Shown piece by piece: positions 1 to 11,822 of a stretch of 64,000 nt of DNA. The notes beneath the pieces are model-generated. The model did no database searches and had not been told where the DNA came from. It saw nothing but the letters and a program-made list of their open reading frames with translations. Origin of the DNA: Escherichia coli. GTDB taxonomy: Bacteria > Pseudomonadota > Gammaproteobacteria > Enterobacterales > Enterobacteriaceae. How positions within the stretch are numbered: the stretch's first letter is position 1; the number at the start of each line of letters is the position of its first letter. The DNA is taken from the NCBI RefSeq assembly GCF_036507355.1, contig NZ_AP027877.1. The stretch is one strand, 5' to 3'. Both the position numbers and the translations under genes were made by a program.

Positions 1-1641
1 CGCGAACTGGCGGTACAGGTTGCTGAAGCAATGACGGATTTCTCTAAACACATGCGCGGCGTAAATGTGGTTGCCCTGTACGGCGGCCAGCGTTATGACG
101 TGCAATTACGCGCCCTGCGTCAGGGGCCGCAGATCGTTGTCGGTACTCCGGGCCGTCTGCTGGACCACCTGAAACGTGGCACTCTGGACCTCTCTAAACT
201 GAGCGGTCTGGTTCTGGATGAAGCTGACGAAATGCTGCGCATGGGCTTCATCGAAGACGTTGAAACTATTATGGCGCAGATCCCGGAAGGTCATCAGACC
301 GCTCTGTTCTCTGCAACCATGCCGGAAGCGATTCGTCGCATTACCCGCCGCTTTATGAAAGAGCCGCAGGAAGTGCGCATTCAGTCCAGCGTGACTACCC
401 GTCCTGACATCAGCCAGAGCTACTGGACTGTCTGGGGTATGCGTAAAAACGAAGCACTGGTACGTTTCCTGGAAGCGGAAGATTTTGATGCGGCGATTAT
501 CTTCGTTCGTACCAAAAATGCGACTCTGGAAGTGGCTGAAGCTCTTGAGCGTAACGGCTACAACAGCGCCGCGCTGAACGGTGACATGAACCAGGCGCTG
601 CGTGAGCAGACACTGGAACGCCTGAAAGATGGTCGTCTGGACATCCTGATTGCGACCGACGTTGCAGCCCGTGGCCTGGACGTTGAGCGTATCAGCCTGG
701 TGGTTAACTACGATATCCCGATGGATTCTGAGTCTTACGTTCACCGTATCGGTCGTACCGGTCGTGCGGGTCGTGCTGGCCGCGCGCTGTTGTTCGTTGA
801 GAACCGCGAGCGTCGTCTGCTGCGCAACATTGAACGTACTATGAAGCTGACTATTCCGGAAGTAGAACTGCCGAACGCAGAACTGCTGGGCAAACGCCGT
901 CTGGAAAAATTCGCCGCTAAAGTACAGCAGCAGCTGGAAAGCAGCGATCTGGATCAATACCGCGCACTGCTGAGCAAAATTCAGCCGACTGCAGAAGGTG
1001 AAGAGCTGGATCTCGAAACTCTGGCCGCCGCACTGCTGAAAATGGCACAGGGTGAACGTACTCTGATTGTTCCGCCAGATGCGCCGATGCGTCCGAAACG
1101 TGAATTCCGTGATCGTGATGACCGTGGTCCGCGCGATCGTAACGACCGTGGCCCGCGTGGCGACCGTGAAGATCGTCCGCGTCGTGAACGTCGTGATGTT
1201 GGTGACATGCAGCTGTACCGCATTGAAGTGGGCCGCGATGATGGTGTTGAAGTTCGTCATATCGTTGGCGCGATTGCTAACGAAGGCGACATCAGCAGCC
1301 GTTACATCGGTAACATCAAGCTGTTTGCTTCTCACTCCACCATCGAACTGCCGAAAGGTATGCCGGGTGAAGTGCTGCAACACTTTACGCGCACTCGCAT
1401 CCTCAACAAACCGATGAATATGCAGTTGCTGGGCGATGCACAGCCGCATACTGGCGGTGAGCGTCGTGGCGGTGGTCGTGGTTTCAGTGGCGAGCGTCGT
1501 GAAGGCGGTCGTAACTTTAGCGGTGAACGCCGTGAAGGTGGTCGTGGTGATGGTCGTCGTTTTAGCGGTGAACGTCGTGAAGGCCGCGCTCCGCGTCGTG
1601 ATGACTCTACCGGTCGTCGTCGTTTTGGTGGTGATGCGTAA
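1..1641 (+). CDS. deaD: DEAD-box ATP-dependent RNA helicase DeaD (CsdA), 5' end outside the window
   Basis: ORF 31..1641 is in frame from position 1. Translation matches the C-terminal ~535 aa of DeaD as recalled, including the [11 protein letters not shown] repeat tail. Confidence 0.93.
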
Positions 1642-1666
1642 TCATCGCTGAACAGCGAACACAGTC

Positions 1667-1684
1667 TGTAAAATAATATATACA
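1667..1684 (+). promoter_or_regulatory. TyrR-box-like palindrome TGTAAA-N6-TATACA upstream of mtr
   Basis: Sequence tgtaaaataatatataca fits the TyrR box consensus TGTAAA-N6-TTTACA at 11 of 12 positions. mtr is a known TyrR regulon member. Confidence 0.45.
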
Positions 1685-1716
1685 GCCCCGATTTGAACCA
1701 TCGGGGCTTTTTTTCT
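1685..1716 (+). terminator. Rho-independent terminator of deaD
   Basis: GC-rich hairpin gccccgat/atcggggc with a 7-nt loop, followed by a T-run of 8, about 45 bp after the deaD stop. Confidence 0.75.
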
Positions 1717-1721
1717 GTCTT

Positions 1722-1746
1722 TTGTACTCGTGTACTGGTACAGTGC
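1722..1746 (+). promoter_or_regulatory. Putative TrpR operator in the mtr promoter (GTACT repeats)
   Basis: tgtactcgtgtactggtacag contains repeated GNACT half-site motifs resembling the trp operator. mtr is known to be TrpR-repressed. Confidence 0.4.
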
Positions 1747-1794
1747 AATACATAACAACGCAGTCGCACTATTTTTCACTGGAGAGAAGCCCTC

Positions 1795-3039
1795 ATGGCA
1801 ACACTAACCACCACCCAAACGTCACCGTCGCTGCTTGGCGGCGTGGTGATTATCGGCGGCACCATTATTGGCGCAGGGATGTTTTCTCTGCCAGTGGTCA
1901 TGTCCGGGGCGTGGTTTTTCTGGTCAATGGCGGCGCTGATCTTTACCTGGTTCTGTATGCTGCATTCCGGCTTGATGATTCTGGAAGCTAACCTGAATTA
2001 CAGAATCGGTTCGAGTTTTGACACCATCACCAAAGATTTGCTGGGCAAAGGCTGGAACGTGGTCAACGGCATTTCCATTGCCTTTGTGCTCTATATCCTG
2101 ACCTATGCCTATATTTCTGCCAGTGGTTCGATTCTGCATCACACCTTCGCAGAGATGTCACTAAACGTCCCGGCACGGGCGGCGGGTTTTGGTTTTGCAT
2201 TGCTGGTAGCGTTTGTGGTGTGGTTGAGCACTAAAGCCGTCAGTCGCATGACAGCGATTGTGCTGGGGGCGAAAGTCATTACCTTCTTCCTCACCTTTGG
2301 TAGCCTGCTGGGACATGTGCAGCCTGCGACATTGTTCAACGTCGCCGAAAGCAATGCGTCTTATGCACCGTATCTGTTGATGACCCTGCCGTTCTGTCTG
2401 GCATCGTTTGGTTATCACGGTAACGTGCCAAGCCTGATGAAGTATTACGGCAAAGATCCGAAAACCATCGTGAAATGCCTGGTGTACGGTACGCTGATGG
2501 CGCTGGCGCTGTATACCATCTGGTTGCTGGCGACGATGGGTAACATCCCGCGTCCGGAGTTTATCGGTATTGCAGAGAAGGGCGGTAATATTGATGTGCT
2601 GGTACAGGCGTTAAGCGGCGTACTGAACAGCCGTAGTCTGGATCTGCTGCTGGTCGTGTTCTCAAACTTTGCGGTAGCGAGTTCGTTCCTCGGCGTAACG
2701 CTGGGTTTGTTTGACTATCTGGCAGATCTGTTTGGTTTCGACGACTCGGCTGTGGGCCGCTTGAAAACGGCATTGCTGACCTTTGCCCCGCCAGTTGTGG
2801 GGGGGCTGTTGTTCCCGAACGGATTCCTGTACGCCATTGGTTATGCTGGTTTAGCGGCTACCATCTGGGCGGCAATTGTTCCGGCGCTGTTAGCCCGTGC
2901 ATCGCGTAAACGCTTTGGCAGCCCGAAATTCCGCGTCTGGGGTGGCAAGCCGATGATTGCGCTGATTCTGGTGTTTGGCGTCGGCAACGCACTGGTGCAT
3001 ATTTTATCGAGCTTTAATTTACTGCCGGTGTATCAGTAA
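1795..3039 (+). CDS. mtr: Tryptophan-specific permease Mtr
   Basis: 414-aa ORF with multiple hydrophobic helices; matches Mtr as recalled; synteny next to deaD. Confidence 0.92.
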
Positions 3040-3047
3040 TCAGCGGT

Positions 3048-3138
3048 GCCTTATCCGACATTTCTGCTGCCTACACAATGCCTGATGCGCTTCGCTTATC
3101 AGGTCTATGTAGGACAGCGTTGCCAGCTCGGATAAGGC
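3048..3138. repeat. REP/BIME-like nested palindromic element
   Basis: Outer inverted repeat gccttatccga...tcggataaggc enclosing a REP-like core gcctgatgcgcttcgcttatcaggtc. Confidence 0.6.
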
Positions 3139-3156
3139 TTCCCGCGTTAAGACACA

Positions 3157-4164
3157 CTATCCCAACAACTCTTCCTTAACATCCATCGCCAGCTCAAACG
3201 AATGCAGCCGCGCCTGGTGGTCGAAAATCTGCCCGTTGACCATAATCTCATCGGCGTCGGTTTCGCGCAGGATCGACTGCAAGCCATGACGCACTTTCGC
3301 TTTATCACCTACCAACGACATACTCAGCGCCTGCTGCACGCCATACTGCTCAGACGGTGACCAGAACTGATCCATATTTTGAATCGGCGGCGGCAGTTGC
3401 CCGGTTTCGCCACGGCGCAGCTTCACAAAGGCTTGCTGCATTGAGGTAAACAGAAATTCAGCGTCGCGGTTGCTGTCGGCAGCGATAATATTGATGCACA
3501 CCATCGCGTATGGTTTTTCCAGTCGTGCCGACGGTTTGAAGTTGCTGCGATAAAGATGCAGCGCCTGGAACAACATATCCGGCGCGAAGTGTGAGGCAAA
3601 CGCAAACGGCAGACCAAGCTGCGCCGCCAGTTGCGCGCTGTAAAGGCTGGAGCCTAACAACCACACGGGGATTTGCTCGCCGTAGCCTGGTACCGGGCGC
3701 ACATGCGGATTGGGATCGCGGGCGTCAAACCAGTCCACCAGCTCCGCGACATCGCGGGGGAAATTATCAATATCGCCGCTCATATGACGACGTAGCGCCA
3801 TCATTGTCCGTTGGTCACTACCCGGAGCACGACCCAGCCCCAAATCGATTCGCCCCGGATAGAGTGTATTGAGCGTGCCGAACTGTTCTGCAATGACCAA
3901 CGGTGAGTGGTTAGGCAACATCACGCCGCCAGACCCCAGATGCAGCGTGGTGGTATTCGCCGCCAGATAGCCAATCAATACCGACGTGGCAGCACTGGCA
4001 ATGCCAGTCATATTGTGGTGTTCTGCCAGCCAGTAGCGATGATAGCCGCGCTTTTCAGCCAGACGGGCGAGATCGAGAGAGTGGGAGAATGCTTCTCGCG
4101 CTGAAGAACCTTCGGGAATGGGGGCCAGATCGAGTAGCGAAAACGCAATGGTTTTATCAGTCAT
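3157..4164 (-). CDS. yhbW: Luciferase-like flavin-dependent monooxygenase YhbW
   Basis: 335-aa ORF; recognised as YhbW; synteny. Confidence 0.85.
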   Translation of the reverse strand: MTDKTIAFSLLDLAPIPEGSSAREAFSHSLDLARLAEKRGYHRYWLAEHHNMTGIASAATSVLIGYLAANTTTLHLGSGGVMLPNHSPLVIAEQFGTLNTLYPGRIDLGLGRAPGSDQRTMMALRRHMSGDIDNFPRDVAELVDWFDARDPNPHVRPVPGYGEQIPVWLLGSSLYSAQLAAQLGLPFAFASHFAPDMLFQALHLYRSNFKPSARLEKPYAMVCINIIAADSNRDAEFLFTSMQQAFVKLRRGETGQLPPPIQNMDQFWSPSEQYGVQQALSMSLVGDKAKVRHGLQSILRETDADEIMVNGQIFDHQARLHSFELAMDVKEELLG

Positions 4165-4167
4165 AAC

Positions 4168-4238
4168 AGCTCACTTTGTTACCGATTAATCTTTAATACT
4201 GCATTAAAGAGTAGTTAAAGTTGTTAACAAAGTGAGCT
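4168..4238. repeat. Nested perfect inverted repeat between ubiV and yhbW
   Basis: 14-bp perfect arms agctcactttgtta (4168..4181) and taacaaagtgagct (4225..4238), with an inner palindrome ctttaat...attaaag. Confidence 0.7.
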
Positions 4239-4244
4239 ATTTAC

Positions 4245-5123
4245 TTAGGCTTGCAGCTCCAGTCCTGCCAGCCGCCGCCAGTAGCCGTTACAGTCGCTGT
4301 TCGCCGTCAACGGCAGTGGTGCAGCGCCATTTTCATTAGCGCGGAAGGCGTCGAGCATCGCGAAAGTGTCAGTACCCTGCGGTGACAGGCGGACCAGATC
4401 GACCAGCCCCTGCATGGATGCCAGCTCGTTACCGAGGTTGTAAACGTAGCCGCTCATGGTCTGAATGCCATTGAGTACAAACACTTGTTGGTTTTCCTGC
4501 GACAGCACGTTGCGCCCGTTCGGATACTTAATGCAGCAGGTTTCACACTCATCTTTCGGGCGGTCTTCCGAACGCGCGGTAAAGCAGCGGGCGGAGTAGG
4601 CCAGCGGTAGATGACCGTAGCTCAGGACTTCCACTTCAAACTGGTTGCGAATGCCCAGCTCATCGCACTGATTAAGCAGATTCACCAGCCAGTCGCGGGA
4701 AAGCTCCACCGGCATACACCAGCGCATCATGCCCTGTTTGAGCAATATTTTCAGCGTCACCGCGTTATAGCAGTTCAGCGCGTGTCCGGCGACGAACGGC
4801 AGTTTGCGTTCAGCGCACATATTCACCACGCCGAGATCGCTGGCTTCAATCAGAAACTCACCGTTCTCAACATAGCGTTTCAGTTCGCCCAGTTCAGATG
4901 ATGCCTGCACCAGCGCCAGCGTGGAGAGCACTATCTGCTTACCACTTCCGGCGAGCGATTTTGCCATCTCCAGCCAGTCGCCAACTTTGGTTGCCCGGCG
5001 CTTGCTGCATACCGCTTCGCCAAGATAAATCACGTCGGCGCTGCTGGTGGCGGCCTGCTGATAAAAATCTTCCAGCGTCTCTTTTGGCCAGTACCACAGC
5101 ACTGGCCCTAAGGAATATTTCAT
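4245..5123 (-). CDS. ubiV: U32-family protein UbiV (YhbV), O2-independent ubiquinone biosynthesis
   Basis: ORF 4245..5141; start placed at the MKYSLGPVLWYWPKE methionine (292 aa); synteny with ubiU. Confidence 0.85.
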   Translation of the reverse strand: MKYSLGPVLWYWPKETLEDFYQQAATSSADVIYLGEAVCSKRRATKVGDWLEMAKSLAGSGKQIVLSTLALVQASSELGELKRYVENGEFLIEASDLGVVNMCAERKLPFVAGHALNCYNAVTLKILLKQGMMRWCMPVELSRDWLVNLLNQCDELGIRNQFEVEVLSYGHLPLAYSARCFTARSEDRPKDECETCCIKYPNGRNVLSQENQQVFVLNGIQTMSGYVYNLGNELASMQGLVDLVRLSPQGTDTFAMLDAFRANENGAAPLPLTANSDCNGYWRRLAGLELQA

Positions 5124-5131
5124 TGCTCTTC

Positions 5132-6127
5132 TCACTGCCATTTACGGTGATACGCGCCAAGGGTGGTTTGCGTGCCTTCGGACATCGACCCGAGCGTCTC
5201 CATCCACGCGCTTTGCGGTACGAAGTTTTGCGGATCGGCCTTACAACGGTCGATAGCCTGACGCCAGACTTTCGCCACCTGGCTGACATACGCCGGGCTA
5301 CGCTGGCGGCCTTCAATTTTCACCGAAGCGATATTCGACGCCATTAACTCCGGCAGCAGTTCCAGGGTATTGAGACTGGTGGGTTCTTCCAGCGCGTGAT
5401 AGCGCTCGCCGTCCACCAGATAACGCCCTTTACATAGCGTCGGATAACCTGCGTTTTCGCCGTCCTGATAACGGTCGATCAGCACTTCGTTCAGGCGGGA
5501 TTCCAGCCCCTGCGGCGTTTGTTGCCAGCGCACGAAACGGGCCGGAGAACACGCGCCTACGGTGTTGGGCGACTCACCCGTCAGATACGACGACAGATAG
5601 CAACGACCTTCCGACATAATGCACAGGCTGCCGAAAGCAAAGACTTCCAGTGGTACAGGTGTGACCCGTGCCAGTTGTTTCACCTGATGAATCGACAACA
5701 CGCGCGGCAGCACCACGCGAGCAACGTCAAAATGGCGATGATAAAAGTTAATCGCCTCTTCATTGGTCGCCGAAGCCTGCACTGACACATGACGCTCAAT
5801 ATGCGGGTAACGCTCGGCGGCGTACTCCAGCATGGCGAGGTCGGCGAGGATCAGCGCGTCGGCACCCAGCTGCGCCGCCATATCCACGGCGCGCTGCCAA
5901 CGGGCGTAACCGTCCGGATGCGCAAAAGTGTTAATCGCGATGTGAAGTTTGCGGCGATGTTGATGGACAAAACTCACCGCTTCCTGCAATTTTTTCTCGG
6001 TAAAGTTAAGGCCGGCGAAGTGACGGGCATTGGTATCATCTTTTAGCCCGATATAAACAGCATCTGCGCCGTTTTCGATGGCCGCCTTAAGCGCCGGGAG
6101 ATTTCCGGCAGGGCAGAGCAGCTCCAT
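5132..6127 (-). CDS. ubiU: U32-family protein UbiU (YhbU), O2-independent ubiquinone biosynthesis
   Basis: ORF 5132..6154; start placed at MELLCPAGNLPALK (331 aa). Confidence 0.85.
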   Translation of the reverse strand: MELLCPAGNLPALKAAIENGADAVYIGLKDDTNARHFAGLNFTEKKLQEAVSFVHQHRRKLHIAINTFAHPDGYARWQRAVDMAAQLGADALILADLAMLEYAAERYPHIERHVSVQASATNEEAINFYHRHFDVARVVLPRVLSIHQVKQLARVTPVPLEVFAFGSLCIMSEGRCYLSSYLTGESPNTVGACSPARFVRWQQTPQGLESRLNEVLIDRYQDGENAGYPTLCKGRYLVDGERYHALEEPTSLNTLELLPELMASNIASVKIEGRQRSPAYVSQVAKVWRQAIDRCKADPQNFVPQSAWMETLGSMSEGTQTTLGAYHRKWQ

Positions 6128-6335
6128 AATTTTTCCTGAAGGTTGCGCTATCAAAACGCAAAAATGTTAACGAACTGGGATTTTAGTTAACCTTGCTGCG
6201 ACAATTTTTGATTTAAGGCAGTTAAAGTTGTATTGGTGGTAGCAGCAATTTCATATGGAATTGTTGATTTATACCGCTATGTTATTTTTCTGATATGGCA
6301 AAATAGGATGATTGTTGAAACAGGGAGTAAAACTC

Positions 6336-6860
6336 GTGTTGGATAAACTGCGTTCCCGTATTGTGCATTTGGGGCCATCTCTGTTGAGTGTACCGGTAAA
6401 ACTGACGCCATTTGCGCTAAAACGCCAGGTTCTTGAGCAGGTCTTAAGCTGGCAATTCCGTCAGGCGCTGGATGATGGCGAGCTGGAGTTTCTTGAAGGT
6501 CGCTGGTTAAGTATTCATGTGCGTGATATTAACCTGCAATGGTTTACCTCGGTGGTGAATGGCAAACTGGTGGTCAGCCAGAACGCGCAAGCTGATGTGA
6601 GTTTTAGTGCCGACGCCAGCGATCTGCTGATGATTGCGGCGCGTAAACAAGATCCGGATACGCTCTTCTTCCAGCGTCGGCTGGTGATTGAAGGCGATAC
6701 GGAGCTGGGGCTGTATGTGAAAAACCTGATGGACGCCATTGAACTGGAGCAAATGCCGAAAGCCTTACGCATGATGCTGCTGCAACTGGCGGATTTTGTT
6801 GAGGCGGGAATGAAAACCGCGCCTGAAACCAAACAGACATCGGTAGGTGAACCATGCTAA
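6336..6860 (+). CDS. ubiT: SCP2-domain ubiquinone biosynthesis accessory factor UbiT (YhbT)
   Basis: ORF frame 6312..6860; probable GTG start at 6336 preceded by agggag RBS (6322..6327), giving MLDKLRSRIVHLG. Confidence 0.8.
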   Translation: MLDKLRSRIVHLGPSLLSVPVKLTPFALKRQVLEQVLSWQFRQALDDGELEFLEGRWLSIHVRDINLQWFTSVVNGKLVVSQNAQADVSFSADASDLLMIAARKQDPDTLFFQRRLVIEGDTELGLYVKNLMDAIELEQMPKALRMMLLQLADFVEAGMKTAPETKQTSVGEPC

Positions 6861-7357
6861 TTCGAGTAGAAATTCCCATTGATGCGCCGGGTATTGATGC
6901 CCTGCTGCGTCGTTCATTCGAAAGCGATGCGGAAGCGAAGCTGGTTCACGATCTGCGTGAAGATGGCTTTCTGACGCTGGGGCTGGTGGCGACAGATGAC
7001 GAAGGTCAGGTCATTGGCTATGTGGCATTTAGTCCGGTTGATGTGCAGGGCGAAGACCTGCAATGGGTCGGCATGGCACCGTTGGCGGTTGATGAAAAGT
7101 ACCGTGGACAGGGGCTGGCACGCCAACTGGTCTATGAAGGACTCGATTCGCTTAATGAGTTCGGCTATGCCGCAGTGGTGACGCTGGGCGATCCGGCGCT
7201 GTACAGTCGTTTCGGCTTTGAACTGGCGGCGCATCACGATCTGCGTTGCCGCTGGCCGGGCACTGAAAGCGCCTTCCAGGTACATCGTTTAGCGGATGAC
7301 GCGCTGAATGGCGTAACCGGTCTGGTTGAGTATCACGAGCATTTCAATCGCTTTTAA
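6854..7357 (+). CDS. yhbS: GNAT-family N-acetyltransferase YhbS
   Basis: 167-aa ORF; recognised as YhbS; start overlaps the ubiT stop (operon-like). Confidence 0.8.
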   Translation: MLIRVEIPIDAPGIDALLRRSFESDAEAKLVHDLREDGFLTLGLVATDDEGQVIGYVAFSPVDVQGEDLQWVGMAPLAVDEKYRGQGLARQLVYEGLDSLNEFGYAAVVTLGDPALYSRFGFELAAHHDLRCRWPGTESAFQVHRLADDALNGVTGLVEYHEHFNRF

Positions 7358-7646
7358 TCTCCGGGGTTTGCAGACTGCTTAACAGCTCTGAAAACCCTGC
7401 GCCTTCCGCTACCAGACGCTCTTTTTGCAGTTTGGTCAGTTGCTTAACGCGATATTCCGCCCGTAACGCCAGCGAACGATCGCCCACTGGCGCAGAAAAC
7501 GCCAGCGTCAGTTCTCCTTTCCCGCGCAGTGCTTTCGCCCCTTTGCCGCTTTGGTGCTGCTGATAGCGGCGTTCGACATCCGTGGTGATCCCGGTATAAA
7601 GCTTATTGTCGGCGGTACGGATCAAGTAAAGAAACCAGGGTGTCAT
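7344..7646 (-). CDS. yhbQ: GIY-YIG nuclease-family protein YhbQ
   Basis: 100-aa ORF; recognised as YhbQ. Confidence 0.8.
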   Translation of the reverse strand: MTPWFLYLIRTADNKLYTGITTDVERRYQQHQSGKGAKALRGKGELTLAFSAPVGDRSLALRAEYRVKQLTKLQKERLVAEGAGFSELLSSLQTPEIKSD

Positions 7647-7696
7647 CGTCTGCGTCGCATGTTAAGGTCAGGCCCACAGTATAAAAGAGAACAGCA

Positions 7697-8119
7697 ATGG
7701 AAACACTCACCGCCATCAGCCGTTGGCTGGCAAAACAACATGTTGTCACCTGGTGTGTGCAGCAGGAAGGGGAACTCTGGTGCGCCAATGCCTTTTATCT
7801 GTTTGATGTGCAGAAAGTCGCCTTCTACATTTTGACGGAAGAAAAAACGCGCCACGCGCAGATGAGTGGGCCGCAGGCTGCGGTTGCCGGAACGGTAAAC
7901 GGTCAGCCGAAAACGGTAGCGTTAATTCGCGGCGTGCAGTTTAAAGGTGAGATCCGCAGGCTGGAAGGTGAGGAAAGCGACCTCGCGCGCAAGGCGTACA
8001 ATCGTCGCTTTCCGGTTGCCAGAATGCTGTCGGCCCCGGTGTGGGAAATCCGGCTCGATGAAATCAAATTCACCGACAACACGCTGGGCTTTGGTAAAAA
8101 AATGATTTGGCTACGCGGC

Positions 8120-8140
<21 letters not shown>
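7697..8140 (+). CDS. yhbP: UPF0306 / PNPOx-like protein YhbP
   Basis: 147-aa ORF; synteny. Confidence 0.8.
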
Positions 8141-9401
<1,261 letters not shown>

Positions 9402-9473
9402 TTATTCCCAAGAATTGATAGTGAGCGTAATATTCACGCGCTCAATTATCATGACTTATTCCTGGGGAATGCT

Positions 9474-10514
9474 ATGACTGGTCAGTCTTCATCTCAGGCG
9501 GCAACGCCCGTTCAGTGGTGGAAACCTGCGCTTTTCTTTCTCGTTGTCATTGCCGGTCTCTGGTATGTGAAATGGCAACCTTACTACGGCAAAGCGTTTA
9601 CTGCTGCCGAAACCCACAGTATCGGTAAATCTATCCTTGCGCAGGCGGATGCTAATCCGTGGCAGGCGGCGTTGGATTACGCGATGATCTATTTCCTCGC
9701 GGTATGGAAAGCGGCGGTGCTGGGGGTGATCCTCGGTTCGTTGATTCAGGTGCTGATCCCGCGTGACTGGTTGTTGCGTACGCTTGGGCAATCGCGCTTT
9801 CGCGGCACGCTGCTGGGAACGCTGTTTTCGCTGCCGGGCATGATGTGTACCTGCTGTGCGGCTCCGGTCGCGGCGGGAATGCGTCGCCAACAGGTGTCGA
9901 TGGGCGGTGCGCTGGCATTCTGGATGGGCAATCCGTTGTTAAACCCGGCGACGCTGGTGTTTATGGGGTTCGTCCTCGGCTGGGGTTTTGCGGCGATTCG
10001 TCTGGTGGCGGGGCTGATGATGGTGTTGCTGATTGCGACGCTGGTGCAAAAATGGGTGCGTGAAACACCGCAAACGCAAGCATCGGTCGAAATTGACATA
10101 CCGGAAGCACAGGGCGGATTTTTTAGCCGCTGGGGCAGGGCGCTATGGACGCTTTTCTGGAGTACGATCCCGGTTTACATCCTTGCAGTACTGGTGTTGG
10201 GTGCCGCTCGCGTCTGGTTATTCCCCCATGCCGATGGTGCTGTCGATAACAGCCTGATGTGGGTGGTGGCGATGGCGGTGGCAGGATGCTTGTTTGTCAT
10301 TCCCACGGCAGCAGAAATTCCGATTGTACAAACGATGATGCTGGCAGGTATGGGAACTGCTCCGGCGCTGGCATTGTTGATGACGCTCCCGGCGGTGAGT
10401 TTGCCGTCACTGATTATGCTGCGCAAAGCGTTCCCGGTGAAAGCCTTATGGCTGACAGGGGCGATGGTGGCAGTGTCTGGTGTGATTGTCGGCGGGCTGG
10501 CGCTGTTATTCTGA
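9474..10514 (+). CDS. yraQ: Permease-family inner membrane protein YraQ
   Basis: 346-aa hydrophobic ORF; synteny. Confidence 0.8.
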   Translation: MTGQSSSQAATPVQWWKPALFFLVVIAGLWYVKWQPYYGKAFTAAETHSIGKSILAQADANPWQAALDYAMIYFLAVWKAAVLGVILGSLIQVLIPRDWLLRTLGQSRFRGTLLGTLFSLPGMMCTCCAAPVAAGMRRQQVSMGGALAFWMGNPLLNPATLVFMGFVLGWGFAAIRLVAGLMMVLLIATLVQKWVRETPQTQASVEIDIPEAQGGFFSRWGRALWTLFWSTIPVYILAVLVLGAARVWLFPHADGAVDNSLMWVVAMAVAGCLFVIPTAAEIPIVQTMMLAGMGTAPALALLMTLPAVSLPSLIMLRKAFPVKALWLTGAMVAVSGVIVGGLALLF

Positions 10515-10526
10515 TTTGAGGGAAAA

Positions 10527-10615
10527 CATGTCGGATGCGGCGTAAACGCCTAATCCGACCTACGGTTTGCATCGTTGTAGGCCTGATAAGACGCGGCAAG
10601 CGTCGCATCAGGCAT
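10527..10615. repeat. REP pair (BIME) between convergent yraQ and dolP
   Basis: ggatgcggcgtaaacgcctaatccgacctac and inverted gtaggcctgataagacgcggcaagcgtcgcatcaggc. Confidence 0.7.
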
Positions 10616-10627
10616 TACAAGGGGCTG

Positions 10628-11203
10628 CTATTTAATAAACGTAAACGCCGTAGTTACCCGCTTCACGCCGCTCACCCGGCTGGCAATATCTGCCGCCGCT
10701 TTCGCTTCACGTTCAGTCACCAGCCCCATCAGGAACACTTCACCGTTTTCGGTGGTCACTTTCACGTTGGACGATTTCACCAGGTCGCTGGTTAAGAGCT
10801 GAGAACGTACTTTGGTGGTGATCCACGTATCGTTAGACGCTTCGCCCAGACCAATCGGCTGGCCCTGACGAATCTCGTTATACACTTCGTTGGCACCGTC
10901 TACGCCCATAGCAATCTGTTTGGCGCGAGCCGAAAGTTCAGCGTTTGGTGACTGCCCAACCAGCAGCACTTTGCCCTGATAGGCCGTTACATTAATGCGC
11001 GCTTCTTTCTTAATCTGTTCGTCTTTCGACAATGCGCTGTTCACGCGCACTTCCAGGGTACCATCGTCCACCTGGGTGCCGACACTGCGTGGGTCAGTTG
11101 CGGCTTTGGTACCCACAGCAGCGGTACCCACTACGGCAGCGGCAACACAACCTTGCAACAGCAGCGCGGAAATAAGGACTGCGATTGGCGATAATGCCTT
11201 CAT
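10628..11203 (-). CDS. dolP: BON-domain outer-membrane lipoprotein DolP (YraP)
   Basis: 191-aa ORF with lipoprotein signal (LLQGC); recognised as YraP. Confidence 0.88.
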   Translation of the reverse strand: MKALSPIAVLISALLLQGCVAAAVVGTAAVGTKAATDPRSVGTQVDDGTLEVRVNSALSKDEQIKKEARINVTAYQGKVLLVGQSPNAELSARAKQIAMGVDGANEVYNEIRQGQPIGLGEASNDTWITTKVRSQLLTSDLVKSSNVKVTTENGEVFLMGLVTEREAKAAADIASRVSGVKRVTTAFTFIK

Positions 11204-11212
11204 GTATTCTCC

Positions 11213-11803
11213 TTAATCATCCTGGTGAGGGAAAAGCGTGTTATCGATCAGATCGCACAGGCAATTTACCGTCAGCATATGCATTTCCTGAATGCGAGCA
11301 CTGCGATGCGAAGGGATGCGGATCTCCACATCCTGTGGCCCTAACAAACCTGCAAGTTCACCGCCGTCATAGCCGGTCAATGCCACAATGGTCATATCAC
11401 GCGTAACGGCAGCTTCTACCGCTTTTACAATATCGCGGCTGTTGCCACGGGTGGAAATGGCTAACAATACATCTCCCGCATGACCCAGCGCCCGCACCTG
11501 TTTTGCATACACTTCATCATGTAAGCGATCGTTGGCAATCGCCGTTAAGACAACATTATCAGTATTTAGTGCAATGGCAGGTAAGCTGGGCCGCTCCGTT
11601 TCGAAACGGTTGATCATGCTGGCAGCAAAATGCTGTGCATTGGCAGCGGAAGTTCCATTACCACAACAGAGGATTTTGTTGCCATTGAGCAGAGACTGAA
11701 CCAGCGTCATGGCCGCACGGGAGATGGCATCCGGAAGCGCCTCTGCCGCCGCAATTTGAGTTTGAATGCTTTCAGTGAAGCAAGCTTTAATTCTTTCTTG
11801 CAC
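11213..11803 (-). CDS. diaA: DnaA initiator-associating protein DiaA (SIS domain)
   Basis: 196-aa ORF; recognised as DiaA. Confidence 0.88.
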
Positions 11804-11822
11804 GCTAATCCTTAAACCTTAA

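Noticed and set aside
106-1449. 447-aa minus-strand ORF inside deaD
   Set aside because: Fully antisense to the well-supported deaD frame, with a low-complexity translation rich in T, V and R; a mirror-frame artefact.
6128-6335. FNR site in the ubiU/ubiT divergent promoter
   Set aside because: Expected from the anaerobic function, but I found no convincing TTGAT-N4-ATCAA match by eye, so it is not reported as a feature.
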